From assembly GCA_963849325.1 (NCBI GenBank), contig CAWKHF010000012.1, positions 96,001-160,000 of the forward strand: a stretch of DNA of 64,000 nucleotides. Reading direction: 5' to 3'. The position numbers were made by a program, and so were the translations under genes. Below, piece after piece: positions 1 to 10,230 of this stretch (position 1 is its first letter; the number at the start of each line of letters is the position of its first letter). This DNA is from an uncultured Planctomycetota bacterium (GTDB lineage: Bacteria; Planctomycetota; Planctomycetia; Gemmatales; Gemmataceae). The notes under the pieces are model-generated. The model saw nothing but the letters and a program-made list of their open reading frames with translations, ran no database searches and had not been told where the DNA came from.

Positions 1-2171
1 TGCCGCCGAGCACCTTGTCGAGTGTAGACTTGCCGTCCGCGAACACGGCCGGCATGCGCGTGCCCGGCTGGATGCGCTGCGGTTGCTCCAGCCAGCGCCG
101 ATACCAGTCGTAGCGCACGCGCTGGTTCATCCGGGCCAGGTCCGGGCCGCGCGTGCCGGTACTGGCGATGCCGGCGAGGTCGTGACAGGAAATGCAGCCG
201 AAGGCGTTCTTGCCGACCAGATACCGGCCGGCCTCGATCTTCGCCGCCGTCCGCATGCTCGGGTGAATGGTGTCGTCCGGCTCGGTTCCCCCCAGGCGCG
301 CCAGCGCCTCGGGCAATCGGCCGACGTTGGCCTCGCCGAACTGCGGCATGCGCAGTCCCATCCACGGCCGCGCTCGTCCGCCGTCCAGCAGTACCTGACG
401 CGCCCAGGGCGTGCGCAGCTTGTGGCCGACGCCGGTCAACGGTGGCGGACGGACGGCCTCTGTGTTTTCCGCGTTCTCGTCGCGCCGTAGCTGCTCCAGC
501 ACGGTCGCTGACAAGCCGCCGTCACCATCGCGGCTGTGGCAGGCCAGGCAGTTGAAGCGCTCGAGGTCGTTGCGAGCGGTGTAGATCGGCACCGGCGTCC
601 CCGCTCCGTCCAATCCTCGCCGCAAGAACGACCGAATCGCCGAATGGTCCTCGGCGCCGAAGCCGAAGCGCGGCGCCGAACCGCGCCGATCCGGCTCATG
701 GGCCAGGCAGCCGGACCCCTGTTTCGCCGGCTGCACGATCTCCTCCAGCGAAGCGCTGGCCTGGATCGTTGCGAATGGCTTGCCGCCCGGGGCGATGGTG
801 TGGCAGTTGTTGCAGCCCCTGTCCAGGACGATCCGCTGGCCGAGTTCCGGCCATTGTTTCTCGACCGGCAGTCGGCGGAACGCGGCCCATTCGTCGGCGC
901 GGTCATCCACGCGCCGGAAGGCGGCCCGCATCGCCTCCGCCTTCGGCGCCTCCGGCAGTCCATCGCCGGCGTCCTCGGCCTTCGACGGACACAGGAAGCG
1001 AGCGAGATCCTCGGCCTCGTTGTTGGACAGCAGCATGTTCGGCATCCGGCCGCTGGGATCGATCGTCAACGGATTCTTGAGGTACGCCGCCAGGCACCCC
1101 GGCGTCGTCTTGCCGCCTAGGTCGGTCAGCGGATAGAGGCGCGCCGGCGCCGCGAACACAAACGAGGGCGCGACGTCCTCCTTCGGTTTAGCGTGTTCGC
1201 CCTCCGGCGAACCGTGGCAGGCGATGCAGCCGAGCTTGCCGTAAAGGCGCTCACCGCGTCCCATGCTGGCGAGCATGGACCCGCGCTGGATGGGCTTGGG
1301 GTCCGCTTTCACCGGCCCGCCGAGGGCGACGAGATAGCGCGTCACGGCGTAGCGTTCGACGCGGCCGGTCTCGTCGGGACGGAACATCTCCGGCATGGCC
1401 GCGCCTGGCCGCAGTCGTTGCGGCGATTCCAGCCAGCGCATCAGCCAGCCCGCGCGTACGCGCTGACCGACCCGCGACAGATCCGGCCCGCTGCGTGAGA
1501 TCAGCCCCTTGGCCATGCCGTTGTCCTTCACCGAGGCGTGACAGCGGACACAGCCGGATTCCTCGACGAGATAGCGTCCGCGCTCGATCCGCGCGTCGGC
1601 GGCGAGTCCGGCGGGCACCTGGTTCGGCAGATGGCCGAGGTGATCGTACGGCAGTGGTTCGCGGCGGAAGTGTTTCGCCTCCCAGAACAGTTCGACGCGA
1701 GCGCCGCCCGGCAGGCGCGTGAACTCGGCGACCAGCGGATGCACGCCCGCTTCCAGCGCCACGTCGGCGCCCTCGTGAAGGACCGGCAACGCGGTCTTCG
1801 TCTCGGCGACCAGCACTTCCTTGCCCGCGATCTCCAGACGGAATCGCCCGCGCAGCCGTACCGCGAAGCGATAGGCGCCGCGGCGGAGAATACGGATGTA
1901 TCCCTTCCAGACGATGACGCCGTCGGCGCAGGCGCGGGTGTGGCGACTCGCCCGCCTTCAGCGCCAGGGCGATTCGCGGTTCGAGTCGCACCACTTCTGC
2001 TGTCGTCGGCCCGGCCGCATCGCGGTAGACGGCGACCAGCCCGCGCCGCAACTCCTCCGAATCAATGGCCGGATCGGCCGCTCGGGTGCCGGTGACAGCA
2101 CCCAGACCCAGGAGCAATGCGATCCTCAGGTCCAGCCACCAGGGTTGTGCATCACGTCTGGAATGCGGCAT
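1..2171 (-). CDS. Secreted multi-haem c-type cytochrome with N-terminal PA14-like domain (runs off left edge; frameshift near 1920)
   Basis: Signal-peptide-like start in ORF 1251..2171. After a frameshift, one minus frame carries CVRCH (1538-1552), CIACH (1214-1228), CNNCH (800-814), CLACH (536-550) and CISCH (182-196), plus MP axial-ligand-type motifs. Confidence 0.85.
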
Positions 2172-2362
2172 GGAAGCCTCCTGGAGGATAGCGTGAGGCC
2201 GTTGTGGAAGAGACGATTCGGAACATTGCGAGGGCCGACGGCGCCAGCTTGATTATGCGGCCAAACTGCGACATGGGGAAGAGTTCAACGTGCCTTGTTT
2301 TCCCGTGAGGCGAGCGGGAGAATAAGGGGGGAGATTACTCGGCGAAGAAGGAACCGTCTCCG

Positions 2363-3103
2363 ATGCAACCACAAACCGAACCAATCGAGAGCACGAAGGT
2401 CGCTGCCCCGGCACCCCGGCACGCTCCTCGCATTCCGCCACTCGAATCGGGCGATCATCTGACACGCCACGAGTTCGAGCGTCGCTATGAAGCTATGCCG
2501 AAGTCGAAAAAGGCGGAACTGATCGAAGGAGTTGTCTTCATGCCTTCTCCTGTGCGTTTCGAGCAGCATGGCAGTCCTCACGCGGATTTGATGGCCTGGT
2601 TGGGGATTTATCGCGCCGGTACGCCGGGCGTTCGCGTCGGCGATAACTCAAGCATACGTCTGGACCCGGACAACGAGCCGCAACCCGACGCTTTAATGAT
2701 TGTCGAAGCCTCTCGCGGAGGCCAGACGAGAATTGATGCCGAGGGTTACATCGTGGGCGGCCCCGAATTGGTGGTCGAGGTAGCGTCGAGTACAGTCAGC
2801 ATGGCCTTGAATACCAAGCTCGCTGTCTATCGTCGCAACAGCGTCCGCGAATACATCGTCTGGCGCGTGGAAGATCAAGCCATCGACTGGTTCCTCTTGC
2901 GCCAAGGCCAGTACGATCGACTGGCGCTTTCGTCCGCCGGACTCTACCAGAGCGAGCACTTTCCCGGCCTTTGGCTCGATCCCGCCGCGCTGACGGCCTT
3001 CGACCTGGCTCGCGTTTTACAAGTTGTGCATCAGGGGACGGCCAGCCTGGAGCATGCGGCCTTCGTCGCCCATCTTCAAGAGCGGGCGGCCGGGCAACCC
3101 TGA
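2363..3103 (+). CDS. Uma2 family (DUF820) PD-(D/E)xK endonuclease-like protein
   Basis: KAELIEGVVFMPSP, EPQPDA, PELVVEVASS, KLAVYRRNSVREYIVW motifs. Confidence 0.9.
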   Translation: MQPQTEPIESTKVAAPAPRHAPRIPPLESGDHLTRHEFERRYEAMPKSKKAELIEGVVFMPSPVRFEQHGSPHADLMAWLGIYRAGTPGVRVGDNSSIRLDPDNEPQPDALMIVEASRGGQTRIDAEGYIVGGPELVVEVASSTVSMALNTKLAVYRRNSVREYIVWRVEDQAIDWFLLRQGQYDRLALSSAGLYQSEHFPGLWLDPAALTAFDLARVLQVVHQGTASLEHAAFVAHLQERAAGQP

Positions 3104-3173
3104 TGCGTCTGGTCTGCCCCGAACCTTTCCCCTTCCGGCGGCTCCTGATAAATACTCTCCGCCATCGGGAGCC

Positions 3174-4562
3174 ATGATGGAACGATCTCTCGAACCTCCG
3201 ACGCCTGCGCCGGGCAGCACGGGCGAACTGCTTCGGCTGGCCTGGCCGCTGGTGCTCAGCAACAGTATCCTGATGGCGCAGATCCTCCTCGATCGCGTCC
3301 TGCTTGGCCGGTCCAACCTCGCCTCGGTGGCTGCCGGGTTCTCCTCGGCCCTGCTGTTCTGGGCCTTCCTCATTCTCTTTCAGTTCACCGCCAACTACGC
3401 CACCACCTTTGTCGCTCAGTACCGCGGCGCCGGCCGCCCCGAGCGCGTCGGCCCGGTGGTCTGGCAGGCCGTGTGGTTTGCCGTTCTGATCGGCGCCGTG
3501 TTCCAGGTCTTGCAGCCGCTGGCCCCTCAGGTCGTGGCCGTGGGCGAGCACACGCCGGAACTGCAGGGGATGGAGACGGCATATTTCCGCTGCCTGTGCG
3601 TGTCGGCCCTGCCGACGTTGCTGAGCGCGGCCCTGACCAGCTTCTTCGCCGGCCGCGGCGACACGCGCACGGTGCTGCTGATTAATGGGGCGGGCCTGGC
3701 CGTCAACGGCGTGGCGGCGGCCGGCCTGATCTATGGGCTATACGGCCTCCCTGCCCTGGGCATCGTCGGCGCCGGCTGGGCGACCGTGCTGGGCACTTCC
3801 ACCTCCGCTCTCCTCGCTCTGCTCCTGATGCTGCGCACCCCGTATCGTCGCGCCTTCGCCACCTTCTCCGGCTGGCGCTTCGACAGCGAACTGTTTCGGC
3901 GGCTGCTGCGTTTCGGTCTGCCCAACGGCGTCTTTGCCGCCCTGGATGTCCTGGGTTACACGGTCTTTTTGCAGCTAATCGGGCGCTTCAGCCCGGCGGA
4001 CCTCGCCGCCACGAGCATCGCCTTTACCCTCAATCTGCTTGTGTATTTCCCGATGATGGGCGTCGGCCAGGCGGTCGAGGTACTGGTCGGCCAGCGCCTC
4101 GGCGAGGACCGCCCCGACCTCGCCGAACGGACCACCTGGCACGCCCTGCGACTGGCCCTGCTGCTGACCGCCGCCGGCACGCTGAGTTACGTCCTGTTGC
4201 CGCAGACACTCGCCGGCCTGTTCCACGGCCCCGGCGAGGACGAATTGTGGGAGCCGATCCGCACCCGCGTGCCGGTCCTGCTCCGCTTCATTGCCGTTTA
4301 CTCTCTCTTCGACACGATGAATGTCGTTTTCTCCAACGCCCTCCGCGGCGCCGGCGACACGCGCTTCGTCATCTGGGCCGCCCTGGTCCTGTCGTGGCCG
4401 GTGATGGTGCTGCCGACGTGGGCGGCGTGGATGTACGGCTGGGGCCTGTACTGGGCCTGGGCCTTCGCCAGCCTCTACATCATCGCCCTCGCCCTGACGT
4501 TCGCCTTCCGCTTCCGCCAGGGCAAATGGCGCAACATGCGGGTCATCGAACCAACGCGGTAA
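3174..4562 (+). CDS. MATE family efflux transporter
   Basis: ELLRLAWPLVLSN, FFAGRGDTRT, LGIVGAGWAT, LRGAGDTRF; about 12 hydrophobic segments. Confidence 0.9.
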   Translation: MMERSLEPPTPAPGSTGELLRLAWPLVLSNSILMAQILLDRVLLGRSNLASVAAGFSSALLFWAFLILFQFTANYATTFVAQYRGAGRPERVGPVVWQAVWFAVLIGAVFQVLQPLAPQVVAVGEHTPELQGMETAYFRCLCVSALPTLLSAALTSFFAGRGDTRTVLLINGAGLAVNGVAAAGLIYGLYGLPALGIVGAGWATVLGTSTSALLALLLMLRTPYRRAFATFSGWRFDSELFRRLLRFGLPNGVFAALDVLGYTVFLQLIGRFSPADLAATSIAFTLNLLVYFPMMGVGQAVEVLVGQRLGEDRPDLAERTTWHALRLALLLTAAGTLSYVLLPQTLAGLFHGPGEDELWEPIRTRVPVLLRFIAVYSLFDTMNVVFSNALRGAGDTRFVIWAALVLSWPVMVLPTWAAWMYGWGLYWAWAFASLYIIALALTFAFRFRQGKWRNMRVIEPTR

Positions 4563-4629
4563 CTTGCCTTTCCCTCTTCGCCATCCTGACGGAAAAGTCA
4601 GGTTTCGTCCCTTTTCCGGAGTTTTCCGG

Positions 4630-4683
4630 TTGACTTTGAAACATCTGTTTCATATGATTGCTTGAGATGAGACAGTTGTTTGA
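4630..4683 (+). promoter_or_regulatory. Sigma70-type promoter with TetR-type palindromic operator(s)
   Basis: TTGACT(4630)-N17-TATGAT(4653). The spacer is the palindrome TGAAACA-TC-TGTTTCA (4637-4652); an imperfect second copy TGAGACA-GT-TGTTTGA lies at 4668-4683. Confidence 0.75.
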
Positions 4684-4708
4684 GTCATTTGTTTAAGGGG
4701 CATTTCCG

Positions 4709-5317
4709 ATGATAGCTTCGGAAAACCCGCGCGAGCGGCTGCTGGAAGCGGCCGGCGAAATCTTCGCCGAGAAGGGGTTCAAGGGCGCCACCGTCCGCGA
4801 GATCATCGAACGGGCGAAGGTGAACATCGCGGCGGTGAATTACTACTTCCGCGACAAGGAACGCCTGTACATCGAAGCCGTCAAGCATGGAGCGTGCGTC
4901 GAGCCGAGCGAGCAACTCTGCTGGCCGGTCGGCACGCCGCCCGCCGTCAAACTGGCAGACTTCATTCGCTTCCACGTCGTCGGGCTGCTCGACCCCGGCA
5001 AGCCGGCCTGGCACGCGCGCCTGGTCATGCGCGAGTTGACGCAACCCAGCGCCGCCTGCACCGAGCTGGTGCGGGACTATATCGAACCCAAGAGCAAAGT
5101 CCTCGGCGGCATCCTGGAGGAGTTGCTGCCGCGCGGCACACCACGCGGAAAGCGCTTCCTGGTCGCTTTCAGCATCATGGGTCAGGTCCTTTTCTACTGC
5201 ACCCACAAGCCCATCATTACATTGCTGATCGGCGCGGACGGCGCCACGCACCTTGACCCGGACACCCTGGCCGAACACATCACACAGTTCAGCCTGCGGG
5301 CACTGACAAAAAAATAA
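4709..5317 (+). CDS. TetR/AcrR family regulator (CerR/DUF1956-type C-terminus)
   Basis: RERLLEAAGEIFAEKGFKGATVREIIERAKVNIAAVNYYFRDKERLY HTH; C-terminal LAEHITQFSLRAL. Confidence 0.9.
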   Translation: MIASENPRERLLEAAGEIFAEKGFKGATVREIIERAKVNIAAVNYYFRDKERLYIEAVKHGACVEPSEQLCWPVGTPPAVKLADFIRFHVVGLLDPGKPAWHARLVMRELTQPSAACTELVRDYIEPKSKVLGGILEELLPRGTPRGKRFLVAFSIMGQVLFYCTHKPIITLLIGADGATHLDPDTLAEHITQFSLRALTKK

Positions 5318-5464
5318 TCACCACGGAATACACGGAAAACACGGAAAAAAGACAAAAACAAAAAAATGAAAAGCACAAAGACAGGATGAATAATGCAATC
5401 GACCCATGATATATGATTATTCTTTTGTCTTTTTTCCGTGTTTTCCGTGTATTCCGTGGTGATT
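5316..5464. repeat. Perfect 42-bp inverted repeat built from 9-mer units (CACGGAAWA) with AT-rich spacer
   Basis: Left arm 5316-5357 is the exact reverse complement of right arm 5423-5464. Confidence 0.9.
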
Positions 5465-5477
5465 CTTCTTCTGGGGT

Positions 5478-6635
5478 ATGGCCATGAGCTGGATCGCCTT
5501 GAAGATGCTGACGGGCAACCGGGCCAAGTATTACGCCATCATCTTCGGCATCTCCTTCGCCGTCATGCTGATGTCGCAGCAGGCGGCCATCTTCGCCGGC
5601 CTGATGCGCAACACGTCCAGCCAGATCCGCGACATCCAGGGAGCCGACATCTGGGTCATGGACCCCAGCGTCCAGTTCATCGACGACATCACGCCGCTGT
5701 CGGACAACGCCGTCTATCAGGTGCGCGGCGTGCCGGGCGTCGCCTGGGCCATCAAGCTGTACAACGGCAAGGCGCACGGCCAATTCCCGGAGGGCAATTT
5801 CAAGCAGTTCATCGTCCTGGGCATCGACGACCAGACGCTCGTCGGTGCCCCGGCCCGGATGGTGGTCGGCTCGCTGGCCGACCTGCGCCGGCCCGACGGT
5901 GTTGTCCTCGACGAGAGCGGCTACCGTTACCTGTTTCCCGGCCAACCGCTGGAAGCCGGCCGCGTCTTCGAAATGAACGACCATCGTGCGGAGATCGTCG
6001 GCATCTGTAAAAGCTCGCCGACCTTCCAGACATTTCCGATCGCTTATACGACGTACAACCGGGCCTTGCACTACGCCGCCCAGGAGCGGCGAGTGCTGTC
6101 GTTCGTGCTGGTCGGGGCGGAGAAGGAGCGTAGCGCCGGAGGAGGTGTGCCGCCGCATCGAGGAGCGGACGGGCCTGATGGCCCTGTCGCAGGAAGGGTT
6201 CTCCTGGAAGACGATGGTTTATTACATGAAGCGCACCGGCATTCCGGTGAACTTCGGTATTACGGTGCTGCTCGGCTTCATCATCGGCGCCGCCATCGCC
6301 GGCCAGACGTTTTACCTGTTCACGATCGACAACCTCAAGCAGTTCGGCGCCCTCAAGGCGATGGGCGTGGGCAACCTGCGCACTGGTCGGCATGGTCTTG
6401 ATGCAAGGATTGGTGGTCGGCGTATTGGGCTACATGATCGGTCTGGGAATGGCGAGCATTTTCGCGGAGGTGGTGGCGTGGAAACTGCGCGGCACCGGCC
6501 TGCCGCCGGTGGATTACATGGCCTGGCCGATCCCGGTCGTTCACGGCGGCGGCGGCGGCCCTGATCGTCTTCGCCTCGGCGATGGTCAGTCTCCGCCGCG
6601 TCCTTCGACTGGAGCCGGCCTCGGTGTTCCGATAA
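5478..6635 (+). CDS. ABC transporter permease (FtsX/MacB/DevC-like) 1, frameshifted
   Basis: WIALKMLTGNRAKY, ADIWVMDP, GQTFYLFTIDNLKQFGALKAMG, ends LEPASVFR; pieces lie in different frames. Confidence 0.85.
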
Positions 6636-6641
6636 ACAATG

Positions 6642-6752
6642 AACCACAGATGAACACAGATAAACACGGATAAGACAAAAACAATGAATGATTGAATGGT
6701 TTGTTGACTCTTTTTGATTTTTATCCGTGTTCATCTGTGTTCATCTGTGGTT
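6642..6752. repeat. 9-mer-unit inverted repeat (AACCACAGATGAACACAGAT... / ...ATCTGTGTTCATCTGTGGTT)
   Basis: Arms 6642-6673 and 6721-6752 around an AT-rich spacer. Confidence 0.85.
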
Positions 6753-6768
6753 AATTTTGGGTGCGAGC

Positions 6769-7965
6769 ATGAGTTGGATCGCCATCAAGATGCTGACCGG
6801 CGACCGAGCTAAGTATCTCGGCATCGTCGCCGGCGTCACCTTCGCGGCGCTGTTGATCGCCCAGCAGGCGTCGATCGCCATTGGCCTGCTGCTGCGGACC
6901 ACGTCGCACATTCAGGACGTCGCCGACGTGGACATCTGGGTCATGGACCCCAACGTGCAATTCATCGACGAGTTCAAGCCGCTGACCGAGAACGACCTGT
7001 ATCGCGTCCAGGGCGTGCCGGGCGTGGCCTGGGCCGTGCGCTTCTACAAGGGCCAGGGCCGGCTCAAGCTCGACGTCGGCGGCGACAAAAAGAAGGCGAA
7101 ATATCAGCAATCCGTCGTCCTCGGCCTGGACGACGCCACCCTGGTCGGCGCTCCGCGCGAAATCATCCTGGGCAGCCTGGCCGACCTGCGCAAGCCGGAC
7201 GCCGTCCTGATCGACGAGAATGGCTATCGCTACCTTTGGCCGAACGAACCGCTGGCCGTCGGCCGCGAGTTGGAGATGAACGACCATCGCGCCGTCATCG
7301 TCGGCGTCTGCAAGGCGTCGGACACTTTCCAGACGTTCCCGATCTTCTACTGCCGTTATCACCAGGCCATCCGTTACGTTCCGCAGGAGCGCAAGGTGAT
7401 GTCGGCCATCCTGGTCGGGGCGGAGGAGGGCGTGTCGAAGGAGGAAGTGTGCCGGCGGATCACGGCGCAGACGGCCCTGAAGCCGATCCGACTGGGCGAA
7501 CCGGCTCGTCCCGGTCTCAAGGCGCTGACGCGCGAACAGTTCATCGGCAGCACGCTGATGTACTTCGTCAAGCGCACGGGCATCGTGGTCAATTTCGGCA
7601 TCACTGTCAGCCTGGGCTTCATCGTCGGCTGCGCCATCGCCGGGCAGACGTTTTACACGTTCACGCTGGAAAACCTCAACCAGTTCGGTTCGCTCAAGGC
7701 GATGGGCGTGACGAACCTTCGCATCGTCGGCATGGTGCTGACGCAGGCGTTGGTGGTCGGCGCGATCGGCTATGGCCTGGGCGTCGGCGGGGCGGCGCTG
7801 TTCGGCAAGGTGATGACCAGCAGCGGCAGTCGATTGGCATTCTTCATGCCCTGGCAGGTGCTGGCCGGCACCGCGGCGGCCGTGGTCCTGATCGTCACGC
7901 TGTCGAGCCTGCTGAGCGTGTACAAGGTGCTGGTCCTGGAACCGGCCGTGGTCTTTCGAGGATGA
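6769..7965 (+). CDS. ABC transporter permease (FtsX/MacB/DevC-like) 2
   Basis: Intact paralogue of the upstream permease: MSWIAIKMLTGDRAKY ... LEPAVVFRG. Confidence 0.9.
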   Translation: MSWIAIKMLTGDRAKYLGIVAGVTFAALLIAQQASIAIGLLLRTTSHIQDVADVDIWVMDPNVQFIDEFKPLTENDLYRVQGVPGVAWAVRFYKGQGRLKLDVGGDKKKAKYQQSVVLGLDDATLVGAPREIILGSLADLRKPDAVLIDENGYRYLWPNEPLAVGRELEMNDHRAVIVGVCKASDTFQTFPIFYCRYHQAIRYVPQERKVMSAILVGAEEGVSKEEVCRRITAQTALKPIRLGEPARPGLKALTREQFIGSTLMYFVKRTGIVVNFGITVSLGFIVGCAIAGQTFYTFTLENLNQFGSLKAMGVTNLRIVGMVLTQALVVGAIGYGLGVGGAALFGKVMTSSGSRLAFFMPWQVLAGTAAAVVLIVTLSSLLSVYKVLVLEPAVVFRG

Positions 7966-7970
7966 GGCGG

Positions 7971-8742
7971 ATGCACAGCGACATCACCGAGATACCGGCC
8001 CCGGAAGGACGAGCGATGGGGACAAACTCGCCGCTCGATCGGGCGGTGATCTGCCGCGGGCGTCACCAAGGAGTTCGGCGACGGCGACTCGCGGACGCTG
8101 GCCCTGCGCGGCGTCGATCTGGAGGTCCACCCCGGCCAGATGACGCTGCTGGTCGGCCCGTCCGGCTGCGGCAAGACGACGTTGATCTCGATCATCGCCG
8201 GCCTGCTCGATCCGACCGCCGGCGACGTGACGGTCCTGGGCGAACCGCTACGGCAGCTGAAAGGCCGACAACTGGTGCAGTTTCGCGGCCGGTACATCGG
8301 CTTCGTCTTTCAGCAGTACAATCTGCTGCCGTCGCTGACGGCGGCGGAGAACGCGGCCGTGCCGCTCATCATCGCCGGCCACAAGCGCGCCGAGGCCGTG
8401 GCCAGGGCCAGCGCCATCCTCGAAGCGGTGGGACTGGCCGACAAGGTCAACTCGTTGCCGGCGCACCTGTCCGGCGGCCAGCAGCAGCGCGTGGCCATCG
8501 CTCGCGCCCTGGTCCACGAACCGAAACTGCTGGTCTGCGACGAGCCGACCGCCGCCCTGGACGCCCACTCGGGACAGACTGTCATGGAGCTGCTGCGCCG
8601 CGTGGCCGTGCAGCCGGGGCGGGCCGTCATCGTCGTCACGCACGACAACCGCGTCTTCGGCTTCGGCGATCGCATCGTTCACATGAACGACGGCATCATC
8701 GACAAGGTGGAAGAGAAAACCCCGTATGGCGAAAGTCACTAG
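7971..8742 (+). CDS. ABC transporter ATP-binding protein (LolD/DevA-like), frameshift near 8060
   Basis: GPSGCGKTT, LSGGQQQRVAIARAL, LLVCDEPT, VTHD. Confidence 0.9.
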
Positions 8743-8795
8743 CCGCGAGCGCGAGCGAGCGGTGTGGCGGCCGCTCGCTCGCGCTCGCGGCTAGT
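8738..8795. repeat. REP-like palindrome (ACTAGCCGCGAGCGCGAGCGAGCGG)
   Basis: 25-bp perfect arms with 8-nt loop. Confidence 0.8.
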
Positions 8796-8820
8796 CGCGG
8801 GGACTACTGGGAGGAGTGTC

Positions 8821-9985
8821 ATGAGGAAACGATTGGGGAAATGGCTGCTGCCGCTGTCGGCGGTGAGCATGTTGGTGTTCGCCATTTACCACGTCGTGCA
8901 GGCGGAGCAGAAGCCGCCCAAGCCGCCGCCGCCGCTGGAGCCGGCACGCACGCCGTTCGGCCGCACCGTGGCCGGCGCCGGCATCGTCGAGGCGCGCAGC
9001 CAGAACATCGCCGTTGGCTCGGCGATGCCCGGCCTGGTGCTGAAGGTATGGTCGCCCGATGAACTGGGGCTGCCGGCCAAGCCCGGCATGACGCCGTGGG
9101 AGGCGCTGATCGGCCAGCACGTCAAGCAGGGCGATCCCCTGTTCCGCGTCGATGATCGGCAGTTGAAGGCCACGCTCGCCTTCCACGAGGCCAACCTGGC
9201 CTCCGCCAAGGCCAACCTCGCCAAGCTGGAACAGATGCCGCGCAAGGAGGAGCTGGACGTTATCAAGGCCAAGAGGGAGGTGGCCAAGGCCACGCTGGAA
9301 TTGCAGCGCGACCTGGCCCAGCGCGACGCCAAGCTGGTTGGCTCCGGCTCCGTCTCCGAAGAAGAATACCGCCAGCGCCGCAACAATCAGTTGATCGCCC
9401 ACTGCCAGCTGATCCAGGCCGAGGCCGATTACACGCTCTCGAAAAATGGCGCGTGGGAACCGGACAAAGCGATCGCCCGTGCCGCCATCAAGCTCGCCGA
9501 GGCCCAGATCTTGCAGGACCATACCGACATCGACCGGGCCATCGTCCGCGCTCCGGTGGACGGCGTCGTGCTGCAAGTGAATGTGCGGCCCGGCGAATTT
9601 GTCGCTCCCATCTCGAACCAGGCCCAGGTGGTGCTGGGGACCATCACCGACAAGGTGAACGTCCGAGTGGACATCGACGAACACGACATTCCCCGCTTCA
9701 AACCCGGCGCCCCGGCCCGAGCCAGCTTCCGCGGCGCCGCCCGACAAGACCTATCCGCTCACCTTCGTCCGCGTCGAACCGTACGTCATCCCGAAGAAGT
9801 CGCTGACCGGCGACAACACCGAGCGCGTCGATACGCGCGTCCTGCAAGTGGTCTTCTCGCTGAAGATGGAAGGCAAGCCGGTCTACGTCGGCCAGCAACT
9901 CGATGTGTTCATCGACGTGGGACCGGAGATGGACAAGCCGGTTGCGCCGCCGGAATCCGCCACCGTGTCCGAGCCGCGACCGTGA
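8821..9985 (+). CDS. HlyD-family periplasmic adaptor (DevB-like), frameshift near 9745
   Basis: N-terminal TM, VKQGDPLFRVDDR, RAPVDGVVLQVNVRPGE; the shifted frame continues VEPYVIPKKSLTGDNTERVDTRVLQV to TGA at 9985. Confidence 0.85.
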
Positions 9986-10024
9986 GGGAGCGGGTGACCC
10001 GCTCCCTCACGGTCGCGGCTCGGA
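9968..10024. repeat. REP-like palindrome family C (GAGCCGCGACCGTGAGGGAGCGG)
   Basis: Perfect inverted arms; related copy at 31799-31865. Confidence 0.85.
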
Positions 10025-10230
10025 TGCGATTCGAGTGTCGGCCTCCTGCCGCGATGTCGAGATCATTTCCATGCCGTGATATTTGCCCGTTGATGCGTTC
10101 TTCCTCGCCCTTTTTTTCTTTTTTTTTGTCACAAATCCTCTCTCCCGCAGTATAGTAGGGGCGAGTCCAGGCAGACCGTCCGTCCGTTCGTCTGCCGGCT
10201 CCATCGCCTCCTTTCGTAGGACGTGCAACG

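Noticed and set aside
2363..3103. Uma2 gene as a restriction or defence system
   Set aside because: It is a stand-alone member of a family commonly expanded in planctomycetes, with no methylase or partner gene nearby.
5478..7965. Diversity-generating retroelement TR/VR pair among the duplicated permease or RND sequences
   Set aside because: The similarity is ordinary paralogy with no adenine-specific differences, and no reverse transcriptase is present.
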